A stretch of DNA of 64,000 nt from Alphaproteobacteria bacterium (GCA_045631185.1 JAZQUH010000039.1:9522-73521), one strand, 5' to 3'; counted from the first letter of the stretch, positions 28,242 through 38,770 are shown. The notes: generated by a model not told the origin, from the sequence alone. Program-made: numbers and translations.

Positions 28242-29306
28242 TTAACCGACCACTTTCGGATCTAATTCACCACTGGCGTAACGGCGGGCCATATCTTCCA
28301 TGGAAATCGGTTTGATATGGGCGGCCTGACCGGCGGCACCAAATTCTTCATAACGTTTGATACAAACATCCGTCATGGCTTCCATGGCGGGCTTTAAGTA
28401 TTTACGCGGATCAAATTCACCGGGTTTTTCGCTGAACAATGTACGGATAGCACCTGTCATGGCCATACGCAAATCGGTATCCACGTTTACTTTACGCACA
28501 CCATATTTAATGGCTTGTTGAATTTCTTCCACAGGTACGCCATAGGTTTGCGGCATTTGACCGCCATGGGCGTTAATGATGTCTTGCAGATATTGAGGCA
28601 CGCTGGAAGATCCATGCATCACCAAGTGTGTATAGGGTAATTTTTCGTGAATTTTTTTCACGGTGTCAATGGATAAAATGGCCCCATCCGGTTTGCGTGT
28701 AAATTTATAAGCACCATGTGAAGTACCAATGGCCACGGCCAAAGCATCCACTTTTGTTTGACGCACAAAATCAACGGCTTGATCCGGATCGGTCAATAAC
28801 TTGGATTTATCCAAAGCGCCGTCAAATCCGTGTCCGTCTTCTTTTTCGCCTTTGCCGGTTTCCAAAGAACCGATACAACCCAATTCACCTTCCACGGAAA
28901 CACCGGCCGGATGGGCGGTATTGACCACGGTTTGTGTGGTGTTTGCGTTGTATTCATAGGAGGCGGGATTGCCTTGGGCATCCAAAGAACCATCCATCAT
29001 CACGGATGTAAAGCCGGCGGCCATAGCTGAATAGCAAACTTCCGGTGAAGAACCGTGATCTTGGTGTACGCAAATCGGCAAATGCGGATACATTTCCACA
29101 CCAGCCATCATCAAATGTTTTAAAACCGCATCATTGGCGTATTGACGGGCGCCTTTGCTGGCCTGAATAATCACAGGCGCACCCACTTTATCGGCGGCGG
29201 CCAAAATGCTCAACACACCTTCCATATTGTTCACGTTAAATGCCGGAATACCATAACCGTATTCGGCTGCATCGTCCAATAATTGACGTAAAGATACCAA
29301 AGCCAT
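28242..29306 (-). CDS. fba: Class II fructose-bisphosphate aldolase
   Basis: HQDHG, GTSHGAYKF, VMHGSS, FDPRKYL. Confidence 0.97.
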   Translation of the reverse strand: MALVSLRQLLDDAAEYGYGIPAFNVNNMEGVLSILAAADKVGAPVIIQASKGARQYANDAVLKHLMMAGVEMYPHLPICVHQDHGSSPEVCYSAMAAGFTSVMMDGSLDAQGNPASYEYNANTTQTVVNTAHPAGVSVEGELGCIGSLETGKGEKEDGHGFDGALDKSKLLTDPDQAVDFVRQTKVDALAVAIGTSHGAYKFTRKPDGAILSIDTVKKIHEKLPYTHLVMHGSSSVPQYLQDIINAHGGQMPQTYGVPVEEIQQAIKYGVRKVNVDTDLRMAMTGAIRTLFSEKPGEFDPRKYLKPAMEAMTDVCIKRYEEFGAAGQAAHIKPISMEDMARRYASGELDPKVVG

Positions 29307-29475
29307 ATTTATTTCCTTTCATTAAATTAAACGTAATTCGTAATGTACTTTATTTTGATAAAAAAATCAATCACAAATTTCTATTCATTAAAAATGTATT
29401 TTTTATCTTAAAAACAAAAATTGTTGACAAAAACAGCTTTTGTGATATAATGCTTTATATAACAAGGAGAAAACA

Positions 29476-30213
29476 ATGTTTAAACGTTTGAAAAATTGGC
29501 TTTTTAATCGTCCGCCGGAAGATCATATGGTGGCATCTTTTGCTTGGGTTATCGGAACTTTTGCGGCAATTGGTTCAGCGGTGGCTTTTCCGGCGATAGC
29601 ATCTGTTGCCGTTGGTGTTGCCAGCTTTACATACCTTATGGCTTTGGCCGAAGGTGCTTACGGAATTGGTGGAATGATTGGTAATTTTTGCAATTGGGTA
29701 TATAGGAAAATTTTTAAATCAAAAAAACAGCCTGTAAATAATCAAAATCAGCCTTCTAAATCAGATAAGCAGCCTCAGGCCGAACAGGAAAAAGACAACG
29801 GTCGGGAACAACCCCAGCCGGAAAAAGAAAACGGCAAAGGTAAAGAACAGCCACAGCCGGGACAGGAAAAAGGTAAAGAAGAACCTCAGGCAGAACAGAA
29901 AAACGGCAAAGGAAAAGAACAACCCCAGCTGGGACAAGATGAACCTCAGGAACAACCTCAGGCCGAACCTGTTGAGCCAAAACAACAGCCGATAACTTTA
30001 AATTCAAAAGAATTTTTGATTTTAATTCGCCAAATGCAGATTTTGATGCAATTGCTCCAACAAACCAGAATGGAATTGGAGGCTTTGCGTCAAAAGAATA
30101 AAACTTTGACTTTGGAAAATAAAAATTCAAAAGATTTAGATCGACCTATTTCCAGACGAAATCGTCCTTTAAATCGTAATTATCTTCCAAATTCACGATT
30201 TGTGCGTCATTAA
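29476..30213 (+). CDS. Hypothetical membrane-anchored protein with Q/E/P-rich repeats and a coiled coil
   Basis: N-terminal hydrophobic segments; repeated KNGKGKEQPQ/QPQAE; AAGGAG RBS and TTGACA..TATAAT promoter. Confidence 0.8.
   Translation: MFKRLKNWLFNRPPEDHMVASFAWVIGTFAAIGSAVAFPAIASVAVGVASFTYLMALAEGAYGIGGMIGNFCNWVYRKIFKSKKQPVNNQNQPSKSDKQPQAEQEKDNGREQPQPEKENGKGKEQPQPGQEKGKEEPQAEQKNGKGKEQPQLGQDEPQEQPQAEPVEPKQQPITLNSKEFLILIRQMQILMQLLQQTRMELEALRQKNKTLTLENKNSKDLDRPISRRNRPLNRNYLPNSRFVRH
29768..29970 (+). repeat. Imperfect intragenic tandem repeats
   Basis: Recurrent cctcaggccgaac, aaacggcaaagg and gaacaaccccagc units. Confidence 0.7.
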
Positions 30214-30216
30214 AAT

Positions 30217-30245
30217 AAAATCCCCACTTGTTTGGGGATTTTTTT
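30217..30245. terminator. Bidirectional intrinsic terminator
   Basis: aaaatcccca...tggggattttttt. Confidence 0.75.
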
Positions 30246-30268
30246 ATGATTATAAATTTGAGTATAAA

Positions 30269-30344
<76 letters not shown>

Positions 30345-30402
30345 ACAAAAAGTATTCTACCCGAAAATTTCGCAAAAATCAAGTTTTCTTTTAAAATAAA
30401 GT

Positions 30403-30591
30403 CTATTGGCGTTCTGTTTTTGTTTGAACCAAACGTGAATGATTGGCTCCAAGGATATGCGCCAAATCTTTTTTGGTAACCATTTGCGGTTTTGTATTGT
30501 TTTTACAGGCGTGTTTATTGCAAGGATATTTGACCACCACGGAAGATGCCATGAATTCTGAAAATAAAGGTGTTTTTGTGGATGAGGTCAT
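30403..30591 (-). CDS. Small hypothetical protein (62 aa)
   Basis: AAGGAG RBS (30600-05) and a TTGACA-17-TAAATT promoter (30620-48). Confidence 0.6.
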   Translation of the reverse strand: MTSSTKTPLFSEFMASSVVVKYPCNKHACKNNTKPQMVTKKDLAHILGANHSRLVQTKTERQ

Positions 30592-30654
30592 TTTTTATTC
30601 TCCTTGGTTTGATATGGGCAATTTAGCACAGCCTGAGTTTTTTGTCAACAAAAA

Positions 30655-31140
30655 TTATTTAGAATTTTTTGTTTTCTTTTCAAGGCGTTTTTTTTGAAAA
30701 AAATCGTGCATAATCGTGCCGCAAATATCGGTTTTGTTTAATTGGACTTTTATTTTATGATGTGTTTGCGGGCGGGTAAAAACTTTGGCCCCTTGTCGAA
30801 CAGCCCCTGTTTTGGGATCGGTGGCCCCATAATAAAGACCGTCCAATCGGGCCCAGGCGATGGCCCCCGCACACATACAGCATGGTTCCAATGTGACAAA
30901 CATGGAATATCCGTCCAAAAATTTACGATTTAATTTTTTCGTGGCTTTACGAATAGCCAACATTTCGGCATGGGCCAAAACATTTTTGTCTTTTTCGGTT
31001 TGATTGCGGGCTTTTGTTAAAATTTCACCCGTTTGAGTGTTAAAAATAACCGCCCCGACAGGGACTTCGTCGGCCTTTTGGGCATTTTTGGCCATTTGAA
31101 CGGCTGTTTTTATAATCTTTTCTCTTTCATTTTTTTTCAT
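30655..31140 (-). CDS. tadA: tRNA adenosine(34) deaminase
   Basis: EVPVGA, HAE, TLEPCCMC. Confidence 0.93.
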   Translation of the reverse strand: MKKNEREKIIKTAVQMAKNAQKADEVPVGAVIFNTQTGEILTKARNQTEKDKNVLAHAEMLAIRKATKKLNRKFLDGYSMFVTLEPCCMCAGAIAWARLDGLYYGATDPKTGAVRQGAKVFTRPQTHHKIKVQLNKTDICGTIMHDFFQKKRLEKKTKNSK

Positions 31141-31160
31141 ATTAGTATAATATCATATTT

Positions 31161-31856
31161 ATGACAGAAAAAAAAGAAAGAATTGCAAAAAAAATGGCCG
31201 ATGCCGGTTTGTGTTCCAGGCGTGAGGCGGAACGATGGATTTTGGCCGGTCGTGTTCAGGTGAATGGTCAGGTGTTAAAAACACCGGCCTGTGTCGTGGG
31301 GGATGAAGATGTGGTGTTGGTGGATAAAAAGCCGTTGGCATCCAAATCAAAAACACGTGTGTGGATGTATTACAAGCCGAACGGTTTGATTGTGTCGGCC
31401 CGTGATCCGCAAGGGCGTGCCACTATTTTTGAAAACTTACCTAAAGATATGCCCCGTGTGATTTCGGTGGGGCGTTTGGATTTAAATTCGGAAGGTTTAT
31501 TATTATTGACCAATGACGGCGAATGGGCCCGAAAAATGGAACTGCCGTCCAATGGTTGGAAAAGAACTTATCGCGTGCGTGTGCATGGGATTGTTTCACC
31601 CGAAGTTATCGGTCGATTGCATAAAGGTATCAAAATAGATGGCATTCAATATGCCCCCTGTATGGCCGAAATTGAACGTAAGCAAGGAACGAACACTTGG
31701 TTGCGAATGACATTGAGTGAAGGGAAAAATCGTGAAATCCGCAAGATGATGAAATTTTTCGGCTTGGAGGTTTCCCGCTTGATTCGTATTTCGTATGGCC
31801 CTTATCAATTGGGAACATTAAAACCCGGTCAAGTGCAGGAGGCCCCATGCGCTTAA
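31161..31856 (+). CDS. rRNA pseudouridine synthase (RluB/RsuA family)
   Basis: S4 domain CSRREAE; GRLDLNSEGL; EGKNREIR. Confidence 0.93.
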   Translation: MTEKKERIAKKMADAGLCSRREAERWILAGRVQVNGQVLKTPACVVGDEDVVLVDKKPLASKSKTRVWMYYKPNGLIVSARDPQGRATIFENLPKDMPRVISVGRLDLNSEGLLLLTNDGEWARKMELPSNGWKRTYRVRVHGIVSPEVIGRLHKGIKIDGIQYAPCMAEIERKQGTNTWLRMTLSEGKNREIRKMMKFFGLEVSRLIRISYGPYQLGTLKPGQVQEAPCA

Positions 31857-32389
31857 TCAGCGGTCAATATAAAGGACGTATCTTAAAAGTTCCCGAACAA
31901 GGGACTCGTCCCACGGCCGATCGGGCCAAAGAGATGTTGTTTGATATTTTAAATGCTCGGTTGATGCGTGAACAAAAACAATGGACACGCATTCGCTTTG
32001 CTGATGTTTTTGCGGGATCCGGTGCGGTTGGGTTAGAGGCTGTTTCCCGTGGGGCAAAGCATGTTTGGTTGTTTGAAAATAACCGTCAGGCACAAAACAT
32101 TATTCGCCAAAATGGTCGGGATATGTCGTTTGAATTGTTGGGGGATGCTTTGATTCCGCCTGTCATCAATAAGCCGATGGATATTTTGTTTATGGATGCC
32201 CCTTATGCCAAAGGATTATGGGAAATGGCTTTGCCCGCCTTTGATAAAAATGGTTGGATTGATGAAAAAACGTGCGTGATTATTGAAATTGACAATCAGG
32301 AAGAGATCAAAATCCCCACAGGGTTTACATTGATACAAAATCGCCGTCAGGGGCGTAATACTTTTTTATTTTTGCAAAAGGAGATTTAA
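31847..32389 (+). CDS. rsmD: 16S rRNA m2G966 methyltransferase
   Basis: TRPTADR, DVFAGSGA, DAPY. Confidence 0.9.
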   Translation: MRLISGQYKGRILKVPEQGTRPTADRAKEMLFDILNARLMREQKQWTRIRFADVFAGSGAVGLEAVSRGAKHVWLFENNRQAQNIIRQNGRDMSFELLGDALIPPVINKPMDILFMDAPYAKGLWEMALPAFDKNGWIDEKTCVIIEIDNQEEIKIPTGFTLIQNRRQGRNTFLFLQKEI

Positions 32390-32390
32390 A

Positions 32391-34313
32391 ATGGATTTAC
32401 AAAAACTTGCCACTACTTTGCGTGTTTTATCGGCCGATATGGTTGAACGGGCTAAATCCGGACATCCTGGCGCCAGTTTAGGCATGGCGGATATTGCCAC
32501 TGTTTTGTGGACAAAATTTTTGCGTTTTGATGCTTTAAATCCCGATTGGCCCAATCGTGACAGAGTTATTTTTTCCAATGGTCATGCATCATCTTTGGTG
32601 TATGCGATGTTGTATATGATGGGAATGAAAGATGTTGAATTAGATGATTTAAAGAATTTTCGTCGTTTTAACAGTCGTACGCCCGGTCATCCCGAAAGAG
32701 GTGTGACAAACGGTGTTGATTTTTCAACCGGTCCTTTGGGGCAGGGGTTGGCTGGTGCTGTGGGTATGGCGATGGCCGAAAGAATATTGAATCAGCGCTT
32801 GGGTGATGATGTTATCAATCACAAGACTTATTGCTTTGTCGGTGATGGTTGTTTGATGGAAGGTATCAGTGAAGAGGCAATTTCTTTGGCGGGGTTGTGG
32901 AAATTAAAAAATCTGGTTGTGTTGTGGGATGACAATAACATTACCATTGACGGAAAAACGGACATTGCCACGCAAACCGATATGCAGGTGCGTTTCATGG
33001 CCAATGGTTGGAATGTTTTAAGCTGTGACGGTCATGATTTTGATTCCATTGAAAAGGCTTTGACATTTGCCCAACGTTCCAAAAAGCCGGTTCTGATAGA
33101 TTGTAAAACGACTATTGGTTTTGGTGCCCCGAACAAGGCGGGAAAATCCTGTGTTCATGGTGCGCCATTGGGGGCGGAAGAATTACAGGCCTTAAAGCAA
33201 AATCTGAATTGGGATTTACCCCCGTTTGAAGTGCCTCAGGACATTTTGGATGAATCACGTCAGGTTGGTTTGCGTCACCATGTGGATTTTGAAAAATGGC
33301 AATCGACTTTACCGGCGAATTTTGAACAATTATGGCAAGGTGAAACTTATTGTTCTTTGGCCAATATGAAAGCGGAATATTTAAAAAATCCGCAACCGAT
33401 TGCCACCCGTAAAAGTTCGCAAATGGTTTTGGAAACGTTATTGACACAAATTCCTAATCTTATTGGCGGTTCGGCGGACTTAGGGGCATCCAACCTGACG
33501 AAAACAAAAGTATCTCAGGATATTATGCCGTCTAAATATCAAGGTAATTATTTAAACTATGGTGTGCGTGAATTGGCGATGTCAGGTATTGCTAACGGTT
33601 TGGCAGCCCACGGTGGTTTAATCCCTTATACCAGCACGTTCTTCGTATTTTCGGATTATATGAAGCCGGCCATCCGTTTGGGGGCTTTAATGGGTTTAAA
33701 ACAGTTGTATGTTTTAACACATGATTCCATTGGGGTAGGTCAAGATGGTCCGACCCATCAACCCATTGAACAGCTTGTCAGTTTGCGTGCGACACCTGAT
33801 CTGTTTGTTTTCAGGCCGGCTGATGCCATCGAGGTGGCGGAAAGTTATGAAACCGCCATGGAAATAAATGGCCCTTCGGCATTGGTTTTAAGCCGTCAAA
33901 ATCTGCCTTGTCTTCGTGAAAATACCGATGAAAATTTAACCCAAAAAGGGGCGTATGTTGTGCGGGATGTAAAGGGTAAAAGAAAATTGACATTGATTGC
34001 CTCGGGATCCGAGGTTTCATTGGCCCTGCAAGTTGCCGAAAAATTACCACAAACAGCGGTGGTATCCATGCCGTGTTGGGAATTGTTTGCTAAACAAAGT
34101 CCCGAATATCAACAAAGCGTGTTGGGGGATGCCCCCCGTGTTTCCATAGAAGCCGCTTCAACATTCGGCTGGGAACGTTGGACAGGTTCGGATGGTTTAA
34201 ATATCGGATTGGATACTTTTGGCCAAAGTGCATCGGGTGAAGAATTGTTTGAACACTTTGGTTTTTCGGTTGAAAAAATTATTGAAAGGATTGAAAAATG
34301 GCGTCAAAAATAA
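32391..34313 (+). CDS. tkt: Transketolase
   Basis: SGHPG, TGPLGQG, GDGCLMEG, DGPTHQP. Confidence 0.98.
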   Translation: MDLQKLATTLRVLSADMVERAKSGHPGASLGMADIATVLWTKFLRFDALNPDWPNRDRVIFSNGHASSLVYAMLYMMGMKDVELDDLKNFRRFNSRTPGHPERGVTNGVDFSTGPLGQGLAGAVGMAMAERILNQRLGDDVINHKTYCFVGDGCLMEGISEEAISLAGLWKLKNLVVLWDDNNITIDGKTDIATQTDMQVRFMANGWNVLSCDGHDFDSIEKALTFAQRSKKPVLIDCKTTIGFGAPNKAGKSCVHGAPLGAEELQALKQNLNWDLPPFEVPQDILDESRQVGLRHHVDFEKWQSTLPANFEQLWQGETYCSLANMKAEYLKNPQPIATRKSSQMVLETLLTQIPNLIGGSADLGASNLTKTKVSQDIMPSKYQGNYLNYGVRELAMSGIANGLAAHGGLIPYTSTFFVFSDYMKPAIRLGALMGLKQLYVLTHDSIGVGQDGPTHQPIEQLVSLRATPDLFVFRPADAIEVAESYETAMEINGPSALVLSRQNLPCLRENTDENLTQKGAYVVRDVKGKRKLTLIASGSEVSLALQVAEKLPQTAVVSMPCWELFAKQSPEYQQSVLGDAPRVSIEAASTFGWERWTGSDGLNIGLDTFGQSASGEELFEHFGFSVEKIIERIEKWRQK

Positions 34314-35053
34314 ATAAGGTGTTTTTTGCCTTAGCATTATTTTTGACCTTGCCTGCCTGTGCCGGTGGGAATCAGACAATTGATTCATTTACCAAAGCCA
34401 AAAATTTACTCAGAAAATCCATCTACGCCAATCACAGTGAAACTTTTTATTGTCGGGGGCATTTTGATTCAAAGGGGCGAATTTCTTTGCCAACGGGTTT
34501 TGAATCACAAAAATATAAAAAGCGGGCAAATAAATTGGAATGGGAACATGTTGTACCGGCCGAACATTTCGGTCAGGCCTTTATTGAGTGGCGTCAAGGT
34601 CATGAAGATTGCATTGATTCAAAAGGTGAACTTTTCAAGGGGCGTAAGTGTGCCGAAAAAACGAATCAGGAATTTCGTTTTATGTTGGCCGATATGTATA
34701 ACCTGTATCCGTCCATCGGGGCGGTTAATGCCATTCGCAGTAATCATCACTATGGCGTGTTAAAGGATATTGAACCGACTTTTTCGGGATGTGAATTTAA
34801 ATATGATGAACAAACGGATATTGTGGAACCACCCGAATATACAAGGGGAACTATCGCCCGAACATACTTATACTTTGATGATGTATATCCTAAATATAAT
34901 ATGTCATCATCCACACGTCAGTTGATGAATGCCTGGGATAAGATGTATCCGGTGGATGCATGGGAATGTGAACGAGCAAAAAAGATTGAAAAATTACAGG
35001 GAAATGAAAACACTTTTGTCAAAAAAGTTTGTATAGAAAAGGGATTGTATTGA
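34298..35053 (+). CDS. endA: Periplasmic endonuclease I
   Basis: Signal peptide; EWEHVVPA, DMYNLYPSIGAVN, RGTIARTY. Confidence 0.92.
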   Translation: MASKINKVFFALALFLTLPACAGGNQTIDSFTKAKNLLRKSIYANHSETFYCRGHFDSKGRISLPTGFESQKYKKRANKLEWEHVVPAEHFGQAFIEWRQGHEDCIDSKGELFKGRKCAEKTNQEFRFMLADMYNLYPSIGAVNAIRSNHHYGVLKDIEPTFSGCEFKYDEQTDIVEPPEYTRGTIARTYLYFDDVYPKYNMSSSTRQLMNAWDKMYPVDAWECERAKKIEKLQGNENTFVKKVCIEKGLY

Positions 35054-35055
35054 AG

Positions 35056-35132
<77 letters not shown>

Positions 35133-35173
35133 ACGGCCCTATTATACGCTATTTTAATCTCTTGGTCAAGTGT

Positions 35174-37120
35174 TTATTCGGATAAAGTTTCAATATCTAT
35201 ACGATTTTTATGGATATAGATAAAATAAATCTTATTTTCCTGAGGGATTAGTTTATCAATTCGGCAATGCCCACTTTGATTTTTCAAAATGGCAAAATCG
35301 GCATTTATGCAATAATCCGGCGATAAGGCAATCCTTTTTCCCTTTAATTTGATTATTTTATCCATTTTTATATTTTCTTTTTCTTTAAAGCCCAATTTGG
35401 TTTGCCACAAAGTTTGTATCCAATCTTGACCGTTTTCGTTGGTATAAAAACGACCGTTTTGGATATAGGCGATACTTTGGCCTTTATCCGCCACCATTAT
35501 AACGGGATAGTTTGTGGTAAAGGCCATTATTATGCCAATCAGGATAAACAGCGCACCCATCAAACGACCCCAAAATTGCCACAGGCAAATAAAAACGATA
35601 CCCAAGATAATAAGACACAGTCCAACCACATCAAAGGATGGTAAATTGATTTCAGCAAAGGGTAAGTCAGCAATATATCCCGCCATTTGCTCAATCCAAC
35701 CGATAACCGCCCCTGCACCTTTAAAAAAGACAGAATCTATCCCAAAGGGCATCAATAAACATCCGATAAACAATAACGGCATGATAATCAGGGAAAACAA
35801 AAAGCTGAATGCCATATTGCCCACAATACCAAAGGGTGTCAGTTGATTAAAATGCCAGATAATCAATGGTGTTAAGCCAACGGTTATGGCTATACTCAAT
35901 GCACAAAATTCCATAAAATGACGCAGGTATTTATTGCGATCTGCAAATAATTCTTTAAACTTTTCATGAACGGCAATTAAAATCAAAACAGATAAAAACG
36001 AAAGTTGAAAGCTGATGGACATTAAATTTTCCGGATGAAGTATCAACATGGCAAAACCCGCCAAAATCAATGTGCGAACCGAAAAGGTCTTGCGGTTTAA
36101 CAATATCCCCAAAAACACCAAGGCAATCATCAAATATGAACGCACAGCCGGTATTTGAAAGTCGGACAATCCCAAATAAAAACCTGTGCCAATCAATGCA
36201 AAAACAGCGGCAATCTTTTTAGTATTGACATACAATGTTAAACGGCCACACATAACACCCAAACCACGAATCAATAAAAATAAAAAGCCCGCCAACAAAG
36301 CCATATGAAAACCGGAAACGGATAAGACATGGACAATCCCTGAACGGCGGTAAATCTGATATAATTCAGGGCTGACTAATCTTTGTTCACCGGTAATCAA
36401 AGGCGTGATGATACGGGCTTGATTTTCGGGCAATAATTGAAAGACACGTTCGGTAATTTGATGACGCAAGCGTTGAAAAATGGTTGACTTTGCATTTATA
36501 TCCCGAATATCCAAAACCTGAACAACTTTGCCGATAGCACCGATTTTTTCAAAATATAACCGCTTGGCCTGAGATGTATGAAAGGGTGCCTTTACCGATA
36601 CAGGCGACACCAAATGGGCCTTTAACCGAACCCGTTGACCAACCTGTAACGATGGGGCCAAATTATCATAATGCAGACGAATTTTATCGGGTTGTTTCAA
36701 CACACCAATGGGATAGTTGATGTTTTGTAAAATCAAAATCTGTTTATCGGGTAAAACAGTATTATCCCAAATGGTGGCATCAATAATTGTATTGGAAAGT
36801 TTTTGATTTAAAACGGGATGATCCACCATCTGATACCGCAAGTGTGTGGTCAATATACCGGCCATTATAAAAGTCGTTAAAAACATCAAAAAGTAAATCA
36901 AATTCTTTTGCCGAAATAAAATCATTGAACCGACAGAAAGTGCCAAACCAATCATTGCCCACAGCGGATTAAAATGATAAAAATATAATAAGATTCCCAC
37001 CATAAATGACACAAAAGCCCAAATGAGCTTTTCATCAAACATTGTTTGAAGTTCCTGTTTTAACTGTTTAATCTTGGGATGATACGGGGACAACATGGGG
37101 AATATTATTTTGCATTTCAT
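35174..37120 (-). CDS. comEC: ComEC/Rec2 DNA uptake channel (start uncertain)
   Basis: SGIVHVLSVSGFH, RSYLM, SFQLSF. Confidence 0.92.
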   Translation of the reverse strand: MKCKIIFPMLSPYHPKIKQLKQELQTMFDEKLIWAFVSFMVGILLYFYHFNPLWAMIGLALSVGSMILFRQKNLIYFLMFLTTFIMAGILTTHLRYQMVDHPVLNQKLSNTIIDATIWDNTVLPDKQILILQNINYPIGVLKQPDKIRLHYDNLAPSLQVGQRVRLKAHLVSPVSVKAPFHTSQAKRLYFEKIGAIGKVVQVLDIRDINAKSTIFQRLRHQITERVFQLLPENQARIITPLITGEQRLVSPELYQIYRRSGIVHVLSVSGFHMALLAGFLFLLIRGLGVMCGRLTLYVNTKKIAAVFALIGTGFYLGLSDFQIPAVRSYLMIALVFLGILLNRKTFSVRTLILAGFAMLILHPENLMSISFQLSFLSVLILIAVHEKFKELFADRNKYLRHFMEFCALSIAITVGLTPLIIWHFNQLTPFGIVGNMAFSFLFSLIIMPLLFIGCLLMPFGIDSVFFKGAGAVIGWIEQMAGYIADLPFAEINLPSFDVVGLCLIILGIVFICLWQFWGRLMGALFILIGIIMAFTTNYPVIMVADKGQSIAYIQNGRFYTNENGQDWIQTLWQTKLGFKEKENIKMDKIIKLKGKRIALSPDYCINADFAILKNQSGHCRIDKLIPQENKIYFIYIHKNRIDIETLSE

Positions 37121-37631
37121 TTAAAATATGATTTAACATTTGATCATATAATTTGGCATATTGTTTTTCTTTTTCGGCCAAAGATGTTTTTTTGTTCATT
37201 TTGGCATAATGTTTACCCCCCACTTTTAACCGATAAGGAGAATATCCATTTTTGCGTTGTACCAATTCAACGTCATAATTTAAGGTGTCTTGGACCATAT
37301 CGGGTTGCCACCAATGTTGGGCGGGAAATTCTTCACGCACAATTTCGGCTTTATTTAATATCAAATGTAAATCTGAATTTAATTTTCCTATAATAAAAGT
37401 GTTGTTTATCCAATTTTGGACAATTTGATAAGGCGATAAAGACAATTTATTTTCAATGTGATGTGTGGAATCAAACTTTTTTAAATTAGATACCAATGTT
37501 ATTTTTTGAACGGGTAAGTGATATTTTTGATCAACTTTAAAATAAGATTCAAAATGATTGATGGGTGCCACCATACAACCGCTTAAAAGAAACAGAAAAA
37601 AACATTTTTGTAATTGCTTTTTAATATTCAT
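37068..37631 (-). CDS. Hypothetical lipoprotein
   Basis: FLFLLSGC lipobox; start inferred at MNIKK. Confidence 0.7.
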   Translation of the reverse strand: MNIKKQLQKCFFLFLLSGCMVAPINHFESYFKVDQKYHLPVQKITLVSNLKKFDSTHHIENKLSLSPYQIVQNWINNTFIIGKLNSDLHLILNKAEIVREEFPAQHWWQPDMVQDTLNYDVELVQRKNGYSPYRLKVGGKHYAKMNKKTSLAEKEKQYAKLYDQMLNHILNEMQNNIPHVVPVSSQD

Positions 37632-37668
37632 TGATATATTATGAAACAAATCAAGGATTTTGTCAATC

Positions 37669-38148
37669 ATGAAAAAGATAACACCGCAACGATTAAAAAA
37701 TATTGCTCTTTATTATTTGGAACGCTATGATGCCGGTACGGTTAAGTTGCGTGGTGTTTTAACACGGCGAATTAAAAAAGCTCAAATGGAAATGCCTGTG
37801 CCGGATGAAGCCTTTGAATGGGTGGAACAGGTTATTGAACAAATGCAAAATTTGGGCTATGTCAACGATACACGATATGCCGAAAACATGGTACGCCGTT
37901 TATCGCAATCGGGAAAATCAAAAACCTTTATCAAAAACAAGTTGAAAACGGAAGGCATTTCCGAAAGTACGTTTGAAACTTTATTTTCGGATACGGATGA
38001 TTTAACTCAGGCCCGATTATATGTGCGCAAAAAAAGATTAGGGCGTGATTTTCAAAAGGATTTAGCCAAACTGGCCCGTGCCGGTTTTTCCTATGATATC
38101 GCACGACAAGCCCTGAATCAACCAAAATCAGATGAACTTTTTGATTGA
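37669..38148 (+). CDS. recX: Regulatory protein RecX
   Basis: ALYYLERY, GYVNDTRYA, LARAGFSYD. Confidence 0.88.
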   Translation: MKKITPQRLKNIALYYLERYDAGTVKLRGVLTRRIKKAQMEMPVPDEAFEWVEQVIEQMQNLGYVNDTRYAENMVRRLSQSGKSKTFIKNKLKTEGISESTFETLFSDTDDLTQARLYVRKKRLGRDFQKDLAKLARAGFSYDIARQALNQPKSDELFD

Positions 38149-38179
38149 AAAAAACAATAAAAAAAGGTATAAAGAAAAT

Positions 38180-38770
38180 ATGTTTGAAGAATTAGAAAAA
38201 ATTAAATCAGAATGTCAAAATTGCATGCGTTGTCCTTTGGGAAAGACACGAACGAATGTTGTTTTTTCGGCCGGTGTCCCCAATTCGGATATTGTTTTAA
38301 TCGGTGAAGCACCGGGGTATAATGAAGACATGACGGGCGAACCTTTTGTGGGGCGTGCCGGTCAGTTATTGGATAAAATTTTGGAATCTGTCGGTTTTTC
38401 ACGCAAAGAAAATATTTATATTTGCAATACGATTAAATGTCGTCCGCCCGATAACCGTGATCCTTTGCCCGAAGAAAAAAAAGCCTGTCGTGCATATTTG
38501 GACAGACAGTTGAATTGTTTAAAACCAAAAATTATTTTATTGTGCGGTCGGGTGGCATTGACGTCATTCATTGAAACAAAACAGGGTATTTCAAAAATAC
38601 GAGGTCATTGGTTTGATGGACCGAACGGCGCCAAGATGATGCCGATTTTCCATCCGTCCTATTTGCTCAGAAATCCGTCCCATAAAGAAGGTTCGCCCAA
38701 ATGGTTGATGTGGCAGGATATGAAGGAAATCCGCCGTGTTTATGATGAACTTAAAACGGATTTAGCATAA
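38180..38770 (+). CDS. Family 4 uracil-DNA glycosylase
   Basis: CxxCxL Fe-S motif, GEAPG, PFVGRAG, KCRPP, FHPSYLLR. Confidence 0.95.
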   Translation: MFEELEKIKSECQNCMRCPLGKTRTNVVFSAGVPNSDIVLIGEAPGYNEDMTGEPFVGRAGQLLDKILESVGFSRKENIYICNTIKCRPPDNRDPLPEEKKACRAYLDRQLNCLKPKIILLCGRVALTSFIETKQGISKIRGHWFDGPNGAKMMPIFHPSYLLRNPSHKEGSPKWLMWQDMKEIRRVYDELKTDLA

